Source: Camelus ferus (taxonomy: Eukaryota). From it: a stretch of DNA of 64,000 nt. Below the pieces are notes generated by a model. It made no database searches. It had not been told where the DNA came from and saw nothing but the letters and a program-made list of their open reading frames with translations. The stretch is taken from contig NC_045696.1 in assembly GCF_009834535.1 (NCBI RefSeq), forward strand, positions 116,748,001 to 116,812,000, written 5' to 3'. The position numbers and the translations under genes were made by a program. The first letter of the stretch is position 1. The number at the start of each line of letters is the position of its first letter. Below are positions 39,628 to 52,355 of this stretch, one piece after another.

Positions 39628-42201
39628 CTAGAATTTTCTACACTGGACAAATTCATCTCATCCACTCACTGTTCCTCAAATACACTGTGAGATCTCCTGC
39701 TTCCATGCATGTGTTCACACTGTGCCCTCCCCCAAATGTTTTCTGATGAATCCTCTCCAAAATAGTACTCACCTTTCGAAGCCCAGCTCAAATGCCATCT
39801 TCACAGAGGTTCAGTTTGGATCACTTCTGCTTCTTTCTAAACTATTAAGGAGGTTTTTGCCTGTATAGACTGCCAAACCAGTATTAAAAAAATAATTTTG
39901 TGTATTTTTATGTCCACCTCTTGAATCTCTAACAACAAAGTACACTTCTAAGAAGGCAGCCTCAAAGAGTCCCTGTAATGCTCACAGCTCACAACACTGT
40001 CATTCTTACGGACTCAACAAATACTTATTTTATAGTTAAAGCACTGAAAACTTTGTACAGTTTAAAAGAAACAATCTCAATGACTCAGTTTTTTTCTGTT
40101 CTGCTTTTCTCTATATCTACAGTCTCTTAGGAAGATAATCTGCAGTACATTAAACTGTCACTTATTCTGAAAGAATTACTATGGTTAATACAGTAGCTAG
40201 AAAGAGTAACTGTATATGAGGCACATTTGATGATGTCTTCTCAAGACAGCAGCCTAACTTATTTTCCTGGTAACTGAACAATTCTCTCGGTAGAACTGGA
40301 CATTTGAGGTCTTAAGTTTAAATGATTTTCCCCCATAAAGGCATCCCAAGTGGGAATAAGGTCTTAAGTAATTAACCCTTATTCAACTGGCATTTCATGA
40401 GTTAGGTTACAACCAGTCTTATATTTCAAATATAACGTACAATAAAAGCACACTGGAATTTAGGTTATGTTATTTGGGCCGGAAATTAATACTGTGGTTC
40501 TGGCAAGATTATGAACTTAGCTTGTGCAAGCCTTTCCAATATAAATACCTGGAAATAGACATATTCTTCCAAAAGAGGAAGTGAAATCTCCATAAGCAAA
40601 AATGAGGAGTAGCAATTACGTTAACTGACACTGTGGTGGTGACACTGATGGGGAGACAGGGATGGGCAGCTAATGGTAGTAATAATGTCTATGGGCTTGG
40701 GTTTTACGGCCATTCGCCCAGAGGAGAGAGAACACTGAAATCCTACAAACGCTAGAACTGACACCTCGTATATGACTGGCATACTCTAAGTGTGATGCAT
40801 GCAGGGAGATGGGTAGAAATAATTTACCCAACAGCATACGAGGATAATGAGGAAATCCAGAGTTTGCAAAAAGCAGTCTTGAGAGAATTACAAAAATTCC
40901 GAATTGTGCCTTGCATGTTGATGTCTGAATGTACACTATCAATGAGGCACAGAAGCCTTAAAGCCAAGACATTAAAAAAATTTTTTGATCCTAGGGCAAG
41001 GAAAATCCTGTTGTCTTTGACAAAAGCAAACAAGCAAGCAAACAACAACCAAAATTCTGGACATTCTCATACCTCAATCTGAGCAGGATTTCTACAAGGA
41101 AGAAGCACTACTGAAGATTAGCTCACAATAAAAATGAGCACAAATACGAAATACGTGAGGAAATAGTTCACCTTTTGCAAGAATTAGATGAACAGAAAAT
41201 TAATACACCATGAACTTGAATTAATAAAACAACAATGGAGAAATATGATAAGATAGTATTTAAATTCAATTCAGAAGCTTGACCTGGTAGACAAAAAATA
41301 AGGAACTGGAGCTAGAAAATGAAACCAAACACTATGGAAAATGAACAGAGATCTGAAAAAGCACCAAATAAAATTTTTATATATATTTGGTCAGAAAATA
41401 GTTAATAAGGATCTGCAATATATGTGTAATTAAATTCAGAAACTTGACCTAATGGACATATATAAAACTTTGAACTAAAAATTATATGCAAAAATACTGT
41501 ATGCACATTCTACCCTGACTCATAAAGAATATATCCAATTGAGTCTCAACAAACACTGAAGAATCAGTATCACAGAGACCAAACTCTGTGACAACCAACA
41601 AATGTGATTAGAAATCAATATCAGTGTTAACTTCGAAAGTTCTATATACTTTGAAAACTAATTTTTAAAGACCTCAATAGATTTAGGAAAGAAGAGAAAT
41701 TGCAAATTAATGAGTTGAGAGTCTAATTTACCAAAGAGGAAACCAGAGTGGCCAATCCGCTGCCCCCCAAAAACCCCCCAAAAACGAAGTTCTACCTTAC
41801 TTACTCAGGGAAATGGAAATTTAAACAAGAATTAGACATTACTTTATACCCTCCACTCCCCAATACCCTCCAAGGTTTTCACAAATTTAAAAACATTGGT
41901 AACAATCTCAGGAAAGAACACATATAACATGACTGACCAAATAATTAATGAATACAATTGCTTCCGAGGAAAAGTTGACAACATGTGTTAACTTTGCAGA
42001 TGCACAAGCCCTTTGACCAAGCAAGCACACTTCTACATCTCCTACCCAGGGAAATTCTCGCACATGCGTATTTGAGTGCTTATTGCCCACCACTGGTAAT
42101 GGTGACAGGTGCAAAGCAACTCAGTAGGGGATGGATAAGTCAACCAACAGGATGAGTAAACTGGCTTACTGTGCAACAGAATTCTATTAAACAGTTAAGA
42201 A

Positions 42202-42421
42202 TTGGGGGTTCAGGATCTGCATATACTACTATATATAAAATAGATATAACAACAGTGTCTTACTGTAGAGCACAGGAAACTACATTCAATACCTTGTAAT
42301 AGCCTATAATGAAAAAAAAATATGAAAATGAATATATAGATATATATGTGTGTGTGTATAGTTGAATCACTTTGCTATACATCAGAAACTAAGACAACAT
42401 TATAAATAAACTATACTTCAA

Positions 42422-42460
<39 letters not shown>

Positions 42461-42477
42461 ATGAATGAATAAATAAA
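42202..42477 (+). mobile_element. LINE-1 3'UTR fragment with a (TAAA)n tail
   Basis: ctactatatataaaatagat...gcacaggaaactacattcaatacc...ctatacttcaataaataaa. Confidence 0.87.
42420..42477. repeat. (TAAA)n microsatellite derived from an L1 tail
   Basis: About 14 units with two TGAA variants. Confidence 0.95.
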
Positions 42478-42595
42478 ACCATACAAGATTTATACCTACG
42501 AAGGATTAATCTTAAGGAAAAAAAAAACCTCAATGAGATTGTAAACAGATACAAAGAAGAGAGAAAACCCAGTTCCTATGTATATTATCTGTGTA

Positions 42596-42770
42596 TCCAG
42601 GGCAAGTCATTTAATCTCTGTGTGTCAGTTTTCTCATCTGTAAATAGAGATGTTAATAGTATTCGGCTCCTAAAATTATGGCAAGATTAAATGACTGAGT
42701 CCCTGCAAAGTGCCTAGAACAGTGCCTGGCACCGAGAAAGCCCCATATAACTCTGATTACTATTATTACT
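42596..42770 (+). mobile_element. MIR SINE
   Basis: gggcaagtcatttaatctctgtgtgtcagttttctcatctgtaaa...aagtgcctagaacagtgcctggcac. Confidence 0.85.
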
Positions 42771-44018
42771 ACTACTACTCTAACTATTACCATTACCACT
42801 GCTGCTACTCACATTTGTGATGATTTATATGGAAGATGATGAGACAAAATGACACCATATACTGCTTTACTAATACACTGTATCATAAAAACAGCATCTA
42901 AGGGAATCTTACACACTTTCGAGCAGTAAGGAGGAAAGCAGGAGGGAATAAGGGGGAAGTGAAGGGCAGTGGGGCTCTGGCTTTATCTACAGTATTGTAT
43001 TGATTTTGAAAATAGAAATAAAGCAAACATGTTAAGGCAAAATGTTAAAAGATACAATTTTTAGGTGTCTATTATATTCATTGTAAACTTTTTTTGTGTT
43101 AAAATATTTTGTAAGTAAAAAAATAAATTTCCAGGAAATTTCAAACTTTTCAAGCTTTAGTTTTTGTTTTGTTTTGTTTTTTTGCAAAATGGGGTTGAAA
43201 ATACCTGCCTCATGGGATTGCAATAAAGAGCAGATGGGAAATGCACACAAATGTATTAAGCACTGCACCACGCATGTAGGTGGTGCTTAACGGATGTAAA
43301 CTAAATATTCATTTAATACAAATCAATTGTTTTCAAAAAATGTAAGGGAAAAGACAAATGTGTAACTTACTTTTCTACTCATTAAATTTATTTCTAGTTC
43401 ACGTGTATGTATATTTTCCTTTTTCATCCAAAATAGGAATCATATGATATATAGAAATCCATATCCTGAGTTCTTCACTTGAAATAACCTGAGCTTTTCC
43501 CCATGTCATTGAACAGTCATTAAAATCATGATGTTTAATGGCCTATTACTTCTTAACATTTGTATTTTCTTGGTATTTCCTCTTTTCCTGTCTTTTTCTA
43601 TATGTTCTGTGTTGGTGTGATTTATAAGGTGTGTGTGCTATTTTAAGTTCCATTTGGTGATGACACAATTTTTCAAAACTCATGGAACTTAGTTTTCCAC
43701 TAATCAGTCACTACCAACAATTTACTCCACCATTTTAGTATCTCCTATCCCCGCCGTCATCTCTAAAATGGGAAAATTTGTACACTTTAAAGGTTCTCTT
43801 ATTTTTGGATGGCACAGAAAAACTACTGGGTTTGATGTAACCACCATTCTGCTGCAAAGCAACACCTAAGCAGTAGAAGGAAAACTGTTACATTTTCTTG
43901 GAGACCTTGGCTGTTAGAACCAGAGTGCTGAGGATAAGTGCAGGATGAAGGGCTTCCAATTGTGTGAGCCTTTGAAAAAATTCAAGTTGCTGTTGATTAT
44001 ACTTAAAAATCCAATCCT

Positions 44019-44980
44019 TCAGCTCGTACAACTTGATAAGAAAACAAATTACCCAATCCAAAAATGGGCAGAAGACCTAAACAAGCATTTCTCTAATGAA
44101 GACATACAAATGACCAATAGGCACATGAAAAAATTCTCAATATTGCTAATTATCAGAGAAATGCAAATCAAAACTTCAATGAGGTATCACCTCACACCAG
44201 TCAGAATGGCCATCATTCAAAAGCCCACAAATCACAAATGCTGGAGAGGCTGTGGAGAAAAGGGAACCCTCTAAACTGCTGGTGGGAATGTAGTTTGGTG
44301 GAGCCATTATGGAAAACAGTATGGAGATTCCTCAAAAGACTAGGAATAGACTTACCATATGACCCAGGAATCCTGCTCCTGGGCATATATCCAGAGGGAA
44401 CCTTCATTCAAAAAGATACCGGCACCCCAATGTTCATAGCAGCACTATTTACAATAGCCAAGACATGGAAACAGCCTAAATGTCCACTGACAGATGACTG
44501 GATAAAGAAGAAGTGGTATATTTATACAATGGAATACTATTCAGCCACAAAAACCAACAACATAATGCCATTTGCAGCAACATGGATGTTCCTGGAGAAT
44601 GTCATTCTAAGTGAAGTAAGCCAGAAAGAAAAATACCATATGATATCACTCATACGTGGAATCTAAAAAAAAAAAACAAAAAACAAATGAACTTATATAT
44701 AAAACAGAAATAGACTCATAGACATAGAAAACAAACTTATGGTTACCAGGGGGAGAAGAGGGTGTGAAGGGATAAACTGGGAGTTCGAGATTTGCAGATA
44801 TTAACATATATAAGAGAGAGAAACAACAGGTTTCTTCTGTATAGCACAGGGAACTATATACTTGTAGTAACTTAATGTGAAAAGAATATGAAAATGAATA
44901 TATGCACGTTCATGTATGACTAAAGCACTGTGCTGTACACCAGAAATTGACACATCATTGTAAACTGCCTATAATTCAGT

Positions 44981-45011
<31 letters not shown>
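44019..45011 (+). mobile_element. 5'-truncated LINE-1, same or sister subfamily as 13738-14831
   Basis: Highly similar to the 13738 copy over the ORF2 end, with one frameshift near 44270. The tail is replaced by (TA)n(CA)n. 13-bp TSD aaaatccaa(t/c)cct at 44006-44018 and 45012-45024. Confidence 0.95.
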
Positions 45012-45012
<1 letters not shown>

Positions 45013-45476
45013 AAATCCAACCCTATTCACTTGCTTTTTAGTGGAAATTCTTCTAGTTTCTTGTAATAATAGATCTACAGTTGGCCCTAGTTTTCAATTA
45101 CGGCTAAGATGTGACATTATGTCTTTCTCCTGACCTTCAGAGGAATGTTAGTGAGAAGACAGGAGAAGCTGCATTGAGGGTTGCTCTCCAGAAGAACTCT
45201 TATCTGGACCCAGTATTTTTAAAGTTAGCGAGGAAAGGAAACAGATAAAAGTAAAGAAGATACTACTCTAAGAAAAATACTGGCACAGGATTCTGTTCCA
45301 ATGAAATCATACATTATTTTCCATTATTTAAAACAAAATTATCTTTACTCCTTAGCACTGAAACTTAAAATATATTATGTTTGGACTTGGAGAAAGAAAT
45401 ATATAGACTAAAAAATAATTTTAAAAAGATATACATCAGGTCAACCCTACTCCCTCTCTGGAACAAGAGCCAGAAG

Positions 45477-45477
<1 letters not shown>

Positions 45478-45525
<48 letters not shown>
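45478..45525. repeat. (CA)24 microsatellite
   Basis: Perfect run read directly. Confidence 0.97.
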
Positions 45526-45528
<3 letters not shown>

Positions 45529-48017
45529 CCAGTTCATCTATTTTTGGAAGAAGAAATATGTATTTGTATCTTCAGAAATACCTGAGAGTGGAATAACTCT
45601 TAAAGCCTCTTGTTTCCCTCTTCTTCACATAAAAACGAGGAGCTGAGGCTCTGAAGATTCTGGAGATCATTTGCTCTGACACCTCATTGCACAGAAGAGA
45701 AACATGAGGCCTGGAACCAGTGCTGGAATCTTGATATCATGACTCCCAGCCCACTGTCCTTCCCAGTACATCACGAGGTCTCATCAAACAGAAGCAAAAT
45801 TAAGCAAAACTAGAGGTTTAGAATATAAACCCTGCAGAATTTAAATTATTAAGTATTACACATTTTATGTTTATATGATGGAATCCGTTTTCCATTAATT
45901 TTGTTCCAGTTATTACTGAAAATAATAAATTAGAAAAAAATCTAGTTACTGTAAAATATTTATAGATATTTCAAACAAGTATATTAAATTTTTCATTAGT
46001 TTTAATTACTTTTTTGAGTTTTTTAGGAATACGATCATATAACGTATGCATACTAATAAATTTCTCCCTGGTTTCTCTAATATCTGTATTCTTTTTTGCC
46101 TACTGGTTTGAGAAGATTATTTTATTAAGTATTTGCTGTAACTTCACTAGATTTCACTGAAGAGATATAAATCACTAACGTATAATACATATAAACTTAA
46201 GAACTATGTGCAACCTACGTGAAGAAAACTACACAATTCCACTTAATTCTATAAAAAGCTAAATAAAACAGAGATGAAATATCAAAATCTTGGATACCAA
46301 AAAAAAAATCTCAATGATATAAAAATTCCCCAAATTAATTCCTGAAATAACTCCAATTAAAATGCCATTTGGATTTTCGGGGGGGAGAATTTTTTTCTAA
46401 TATTAATCTGAATTTGTAAATGAGCTAGAATGGCCCCATTCTATTTGATGTACCCAAATTTAAACACTATGATAATTAAAATTCTGCAATGTTGGCATAA
46501 AATTAGATTGCCCGTAGAATAAAAATGAAACCTAGTAATAGTCATAAGTATGCATAATAATTTAGTACGATTAAAATGCCTTATTTAGTTAGTGGGAATA
46601 AATGGATTATTCAGTAAATGATACATGATACTTGGGAACTAGTTAAGATATTTATTATATAAGTAAAGTAAGTAAGTAAGTGAGAGCCAAGCTTCAATCA
46701 GCTATATCAAACTCCCCCTCTACCTCCTAGAAGCAAATTTCTTTCTCTTTTCTTTGGATACTCATGTTCGCTTTTGGGCCATCCTAAAAATAGTGTTTCT
46801 TGTGTGAGATACGTCTTCAACTCCGAACTCATTTGAGAACAGTGGCATCTGGCATTCCCTGAGCCAGAACGACAAGACTGTCCCCAGTCTCACCCCACAG
46901 CTTCGAACAGCGCAATAGGGTAGAAAGGAAGAGGTCAGAGGTAGGCAGAATGTCCAGTCTGTGAACTGCTTTCATACACATTCTCTTACTTAAGCTCACA
47001 AACGACTCTGCAAAGTAGGTATTTTTGTATGGTCTGCATTTTGTACATGAGGATAATCTCTCACCCGATTCTTATAGATTTACTGTGAGACTGGAACCGA
47101 GCAGAATCCTGCAGGGCCCCTCTGCCCCCAGGTACCAAACTGAGCAGTTAATAATTAAGACAACAGGGTCACAGACTCAGTGTCTGATGCACATTCCTGA
47201 GTTGTTTCACAGACACTGTAAGTGTCACCAGAGAGGAAAAAAAAAAACCCAACTCCATTCATTGCCTGGAGTGTTTGGTCTGAAGTGTGCACACACTCTG
47301 AAGCTCTGGAGCAGAGACAGTCAGAGTATATTTCAGCTTCAGTGTTTTCTAGCCTAAGAGCGTCCTCTTACCAAGAGACTCTGGCAACTTGAAATCATAT
47401 TAACTCCCAATATGTGACATGAAACCCAGAAGTTCCTTTTCTAAGGACTGAGAACACTGCAATTAAAAACTTAATTGTGCACTGCTGGCTCTCTAAATGC
47501 CCAAACAATTTTAAACACACAAGGTCAGACTGCAGAGATAATTCAACCTCATAACTGGACATTCATGTGTACTTTGTTCCCCCAATTTTTATAAGCAAAC
47601 TTTATTGTTATGACTCAGAAATGAAGTATGAGACGAATCTGAGTGTTAAGAATAAACCATTTGCTTTTTATGGTAAAAGAGTAAAATCTTGCTCCTTAAA
47701 ACATGGAAATGCTTCTGTTTTCTAGAAGCTTTTTATCAAAGTGGGGCACTGTCAACCCTTTTAAAACTGATGGTACTGGACTGTAGTTTCTTAGAACCGA
47801 CAGTGGTATGAAGACGTCGGTGACACAGATGTCTCTGATGATGGTGCTACTGAAGCCACTGTGTTGTACCATTTCAGCACTGAGGTCAGTTCCTTCCCCA
47901 AGGACCTCCTTGGCTCATTAGGAATGAATTATATTCAAACAAATTTGCAGGTCGGATGGGGACTGGAAAAGAATAGGAAAGTGAAAAGGGGAGGAAGAAC
48001 TCAATTGTTGCTGAATT

Positions 48018-48601
48018 TGTTACCCGAAAACTGGGTTAACCTCCTGGTGGGTGTCGAGCCAGCAGACACAACCAAGCTGAAGAGCGGTGGAAGGAAAGAT
48101 TTATCATTTGCAACAAGTAAGCAGAACACCAGGGAGTTTTCCCAAAGCAGTGTCTGCCCGAACAGTAGAACTGGGGAAGTTTTAAGCTAAGGGTATATGC
48201 ATATTCACGAAGGCGCTTGAGCAGAGAAGAACTCAGCATAGACTCGAGGCCAAGGTTGCCAGAGTCCGAGCTTTAATTGACTGAAATCAGGAGGGTCAAC
48301 ACCATCCTTCCATCCTCCACCTGGCTGGGGGCCTTAGTGCCTGCAGAGCTCAGACTGTGTCCGATTGTGACGCACACCCCTTCAGGAGGAACTCGGACTC
48401 CTCTACTGCTGGACTGTTGTTTCCTGACTGCTCTTCCTTTGTTCCTGCACTCTCTTACTTGCCTTACGACCACTGATCTCTGAGACCTGTTCAAGCAGCA
48501 AGCACTGTGGCCAAGCTTAGCTCACATGACGGCTTCTCTTATGTCAAGAGAGCCATGCCTGGTTCTCTTTCTCTGGGGACCCCCTAACCTATCTCCTTAC
48601 A
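48018..48601 (-). mobile_element. ERV-type solo LTR, same orientation as KCNH8
   Basis: On the minus strand it starts TGTAAGGAGATAGG and ends GGGTAACA (TG...CA with a short inverted terminal repeat), 584 bp, LTR-like composition. Family not identified and no clean TSD. Confidence 0.65.
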
Positions 48602-48664
48602 GTTTAGGACTTTACAACCAGGAGTATTAAGTTCACCAAAAACCCTCAAGACTGTTTAAAACCT

Positions 48665-49015
48665 TGCTACTCAAAGTGTGACGTGGGGTCCAGCAGCCCT
48701 GATTTCATGAGGGAGTTGATTAAAAATGCTGGGTCTCGGGCTCCACCTCAGATTTACCAAAGTAGAATCTGCTTTTTTTTTTTTTAAATTGAAGTATAGT
48801 CAATTTACAACGCAGTGTTAATTTCTGGTGTACAGACAGTGATTCATTTATACATATATATTCCTTTTCATATTCTTTTTTAAAATTATATGCTATTACA
48901 AGATATTGAATATAGTTCCCTGTGCTAAACAACAGGATCTTGTTGTTTATTAAAATCTGTTTTTTAATGCAATCCTCGCATGATGCTGGTGCATATTAAA
49001 ATTCAAGACACTGTT
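48665..49015. mobile_element. MER5A/B-like MITE split by an L1 tail
   Basis: gctactcaaagtgtg...ccagcagc...aaatgc..gtctcgggctccacc...agaatctgc [L1 insert] ttttaa...gcatattaaaattcaagacactg. Confidence 0.7.
48771..48951 (-). mobile_element. LINE-1 3'UTR fragment nested in a MER5-type element
   Basis: Poly(T) followed by aattgaagtatagtc...aatatagttccctgtgcta; flanked by aatctg(c/t)ttttt repeats. Confidence 0.87.
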
Positions 49016-50409
49016 TCAAAACAAAATTAAGTCCAGGAGTCCCTCCCTGGGGTCCTTTTGAATGATTAGAAACCTCATTTTAAGTCTTTTCTCCCCTTTC
49101 TTTATTCCATTTGGTCCCAAGAATGAGAATCCACAGGTCAGGGTTACCTAAAAATGTTTTTATAATCCTTTTCACAGAACCTGAAAACGTAGACTGCTAG
49201 TCCATTCTACCTTCTTGAGCAAAATTTAATACAATTATTGAAATAATCAGCTCATGATATCATAAGCCTGGTCATTTTTTTCCCATTACATGAGGCTTGT
49301 ACATGCTAAGCGGTTAATAACTAGAGAGCCCTTCAAATCAATCAGCTTTTATGATGTTTTATCTGAGAATCAGCATATTTAGGATTAAAATTGTCAATGA
49401 AAACTTGAAAATCATATCTGACTTAATCCTTTTTTTCCCATTCTAAATTCTTGGGCTTTTTTTCCCCTCCCCAGTGATACAGATACACATTTAGGCATCT
49501 ATAATGGAGAAGCGTACTCCAGCCAAAGGATTAAAAGATAAAAAGAGCTTCCCTCTATTACAATATACTCTCATCTCTAACCTTTGAAGCAGATCATTTA
49601 AAGTTCAGCATGTCATCGCCTTAGAGATAGAGGTAGCTTCGAGGAGGAATGCAGGTAGCATTTGAGCTACAAAAGGCAGTGACCGATCAAAGCGCCGCCT
49701 AGCTGAGGAAGTGCAGCTGGGTGAGTGCCCCGGTGAGGCTGGCACAGGAGCGCATACCATGTTACAGAGAGCAAGATGCATGGAGAATCACCGCCGCCTG
49801 CCTTCCAGCTGATGCCACCTGACATACGCCGTCTGAGAGGGGTCTGATGATTACAGAAACATTTTAACAAACTTTAAAAAATAAATTTTACTATTTGTTT
49901 TTAAATGTCGGGGTAAAGTTGTTATGGTAGAAGACGTCTGTCTTTTTGAGGGGGCTATCTAAAATCTTACGTGATGGGGGTACTCTCCATTGTGTACAGA
50001 AATGGAGAGACACAGGGCCCCACTTCTCACCTTGGAAATGGAAGGTAAGTGGGGTAAGTACGGGGGGGGGGGTCCTCCCCCTGGCCCAGCAGTCAGTGTC
50101 TGAGCATAGGATGTAAGCTTGGCCAATCGGATTCTTTCAGGGACTGTGAATCAGAGACGAACAGAAGGTTAGGACTTGCTCATGACATCGACAAAGGCAG
50201 AAATGTGTCCAGTCCATCTCTGCAAAATGTCAGCCACTGGGCTTCTTGCACTGGGGTGTCTGGAGCTGCCTTGGCCCACACTCTTCTCCCACATTCTCGC
50301 TCTCCATCGTTCTAATCCTGAGTTTGCATGTCCTGCTAATGCGCTCCTTTTCTGATTTTGCTTTCAATCAAAAATGGTGAGCAAAAACAGAAAAGGACAT
50401 TAAGAATTG

Positions 50410-50551
50410 TGGGGGGATGGTACAGCTCAGTGGCAGTGCATGCTTTGCATGCACAAGGTCCTGGGTTCAATCCCCAGTACCTCCATCAGCCAAAAATAAT
50501 AATAAAATAAGTAAATAAACCTAATTACCTCTCCTCCACAACAACAAAAAA
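50410..50551 (+). mobile_element. tRNA-Ala-derived SINE (Vic-1-like)
   Basis: ggtacagctcagtgg...ggtcctgggttcaatccccagtacctcca...aacctaattacctc. Confidence 0.9.
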
Positions 50552-50994
50552 TGAAGCACTGTGACCGATACAGAAATATCACCTCTTCACTAGACTTGAA
50601 CAGTATTGCTACCTCAGTTCTATGCAGCTCACTGACGTAAGTGTAAGCAGGTGGCTGCAGTTTGAAAATGGCCTCGATTAGTGATAAGACTGGAGGTGGT
50701 GGTGGTGGTAGTTACCAGCTGCAGCAATATAACTAGAGTTAGGTACATCAACTTGAGTACCTCTAGTCGTAAAAAACACTGTGAGAGTCACTACTATCAC
50801 ACCCATTTTACAGATGAGGAAACAGAGATTGTTGTAGAAAACGTCACACACTGAAGTCACCATGGCCCGGTTAAGATTCAAATCCAAATCTTTCTACCTT
50901 AAATCAGAATGATTATATTCTATTCATGATCCAAATGGAGCTCTTTAAGGACTAATTCAGTGTCATTAATTGAACTTTATAAATGTCATAAACT

Positions 50995-51152
50995 GAACTT
51001 TATAAGGTATTTATTATATATTTATATAATGTATATTATATTAACTAAATATAATTATTAATTAGTTATTAATTATATTATATTATACAATAACTTATGC
51101 TTATATTTATAATATATAATTATAAGTTAATTATTATATTAAAATAATATAT
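50995..51152. repeat. AT-rich low-complexity tract
   Basis: About 155 bp that is almost entirely A/T (tattata/taatta units). Confidence 0.85.
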
Positions 51153-51884
51153 CCCTACATTAATTGGGATCTAAGAAAACATGCAAAGTCTTCTCAAGCA
51201 TATTTAGCTAGATACTTATTGGAGCCTTATAGAAATATTCTGAAACATTTCTTTGCAACCGAAACAAACTTTAAAATTTTAACACCACACTGAGACGTAA
51301 GACTTTAGATTTGTGTCTAAATCCCATAAAAGCCTGATATCCCAACAAGCATGTAGGGAGGATGTGGGACCTCTCACCTGCATTAGCCTTGAAGGGGAAA
51401 TATCCTATTTAAGTGCAATTATGAGGCTATGTGAAAATCACTCATTTTTCAAAGTCTGACTCAAATAGAAAGTTTGGGCAGATATATTATTTTGAAGATC
51501 CATCTAAAAAACTATGTAATGAGTTATCCAGCAGTACAACTAAACCTTGAAGGCAACACTTGTAAAGCTAGTACTTAGTAACCCTTCCCATATAAAATGA
51601 TGAGTATGTCTAGTCCCAGCTCACGAGGCTGTCTTTATTAGAAGTAACTGGCATAATAAGACAGGATGATGGCTATAATAGCTCTTACTTTATTGAGCAG
51701 TTATTAGATGGCAGGCACAGTGCTAAATGCTTCACATAGATGCCAAATTTAATACTGGCAGCCTCAGTGAGGGAGGCACTATTATTATTACAGCCACCTT
51801 ACGGATGTTGAAAAAGCAGCAAAACAAAACATCTCCTGCTTCCTGGGGTTCCATATTCAGGGATTGCTGCTCAAGAGAGAAATC

Positions 51885-52355
51885 TGAGCCTTGCTGTAGC
51901 CTTAGGATGAAGTTTAAACTCTAAAGCTTAGCATGAACAGTCTTTAAAGACCTGGTCCCTGACTACCTACTTGTTTATCTCATCACCTTACTATGACCCT
52001 CCCCCACTTCACCCTTAATGCCGGTCCTGGCGAACTGTTTCATACAGTCCTGTCCCTGCAGGACACATGCCCATTTCTGGGCATCTGCAGAGACAAGATC
52101 TACTCATTCTTTAAAACTCAACTCATCTTGGAAACACCTTTGTTGATATTCTGGTGAAATTTAGCTGCCTCTCCTTTGCACAAGTTCCTGTTACAGAACC
52201 TGTCACTGTGATACAGCCACTGAACGACTGGTCTGTTTTTCCCACTAGACTTTAATCTAATCATGACAGGAACTAGATTCTTTTGATATCGCCAGTGCTT
52301 CACACAGGACCAAGCATGCAGTGGGCACTCAAAAAATATTTTTTGAATGAATGAC
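51885..52355 (+). mobile_element. L2 3' region
   Basis: ccttaggatgaagtttaaactc...cccactagact...gggcactcaaaaaatattttttgaatgaatga. Confidence 0.7.

Larger units (their letters stand above)
41100..43130 (+). mobile_element. Ancient fragmented LINE-1 (L1ME-like), interrupted by a younger L1 tail and a MIR
   Basis: A-rich degenerate L1 motifs: aacttgacctaatggacatatataaaact, cagggaaatggaaatttaaac, ccctttgaccaagcaa, and an L1ME-like 3' end near 43000-43130. Boundaries are approximate. Confidence 0.6.

Noticed and set aside
47083..47825. Possible second LTR (starts tgtgagac, ends ggtgaca)
   Set aside because: The first 170 bp look LTR-like, but I found no TSD and could not recognise the family or confirm the boundaries.
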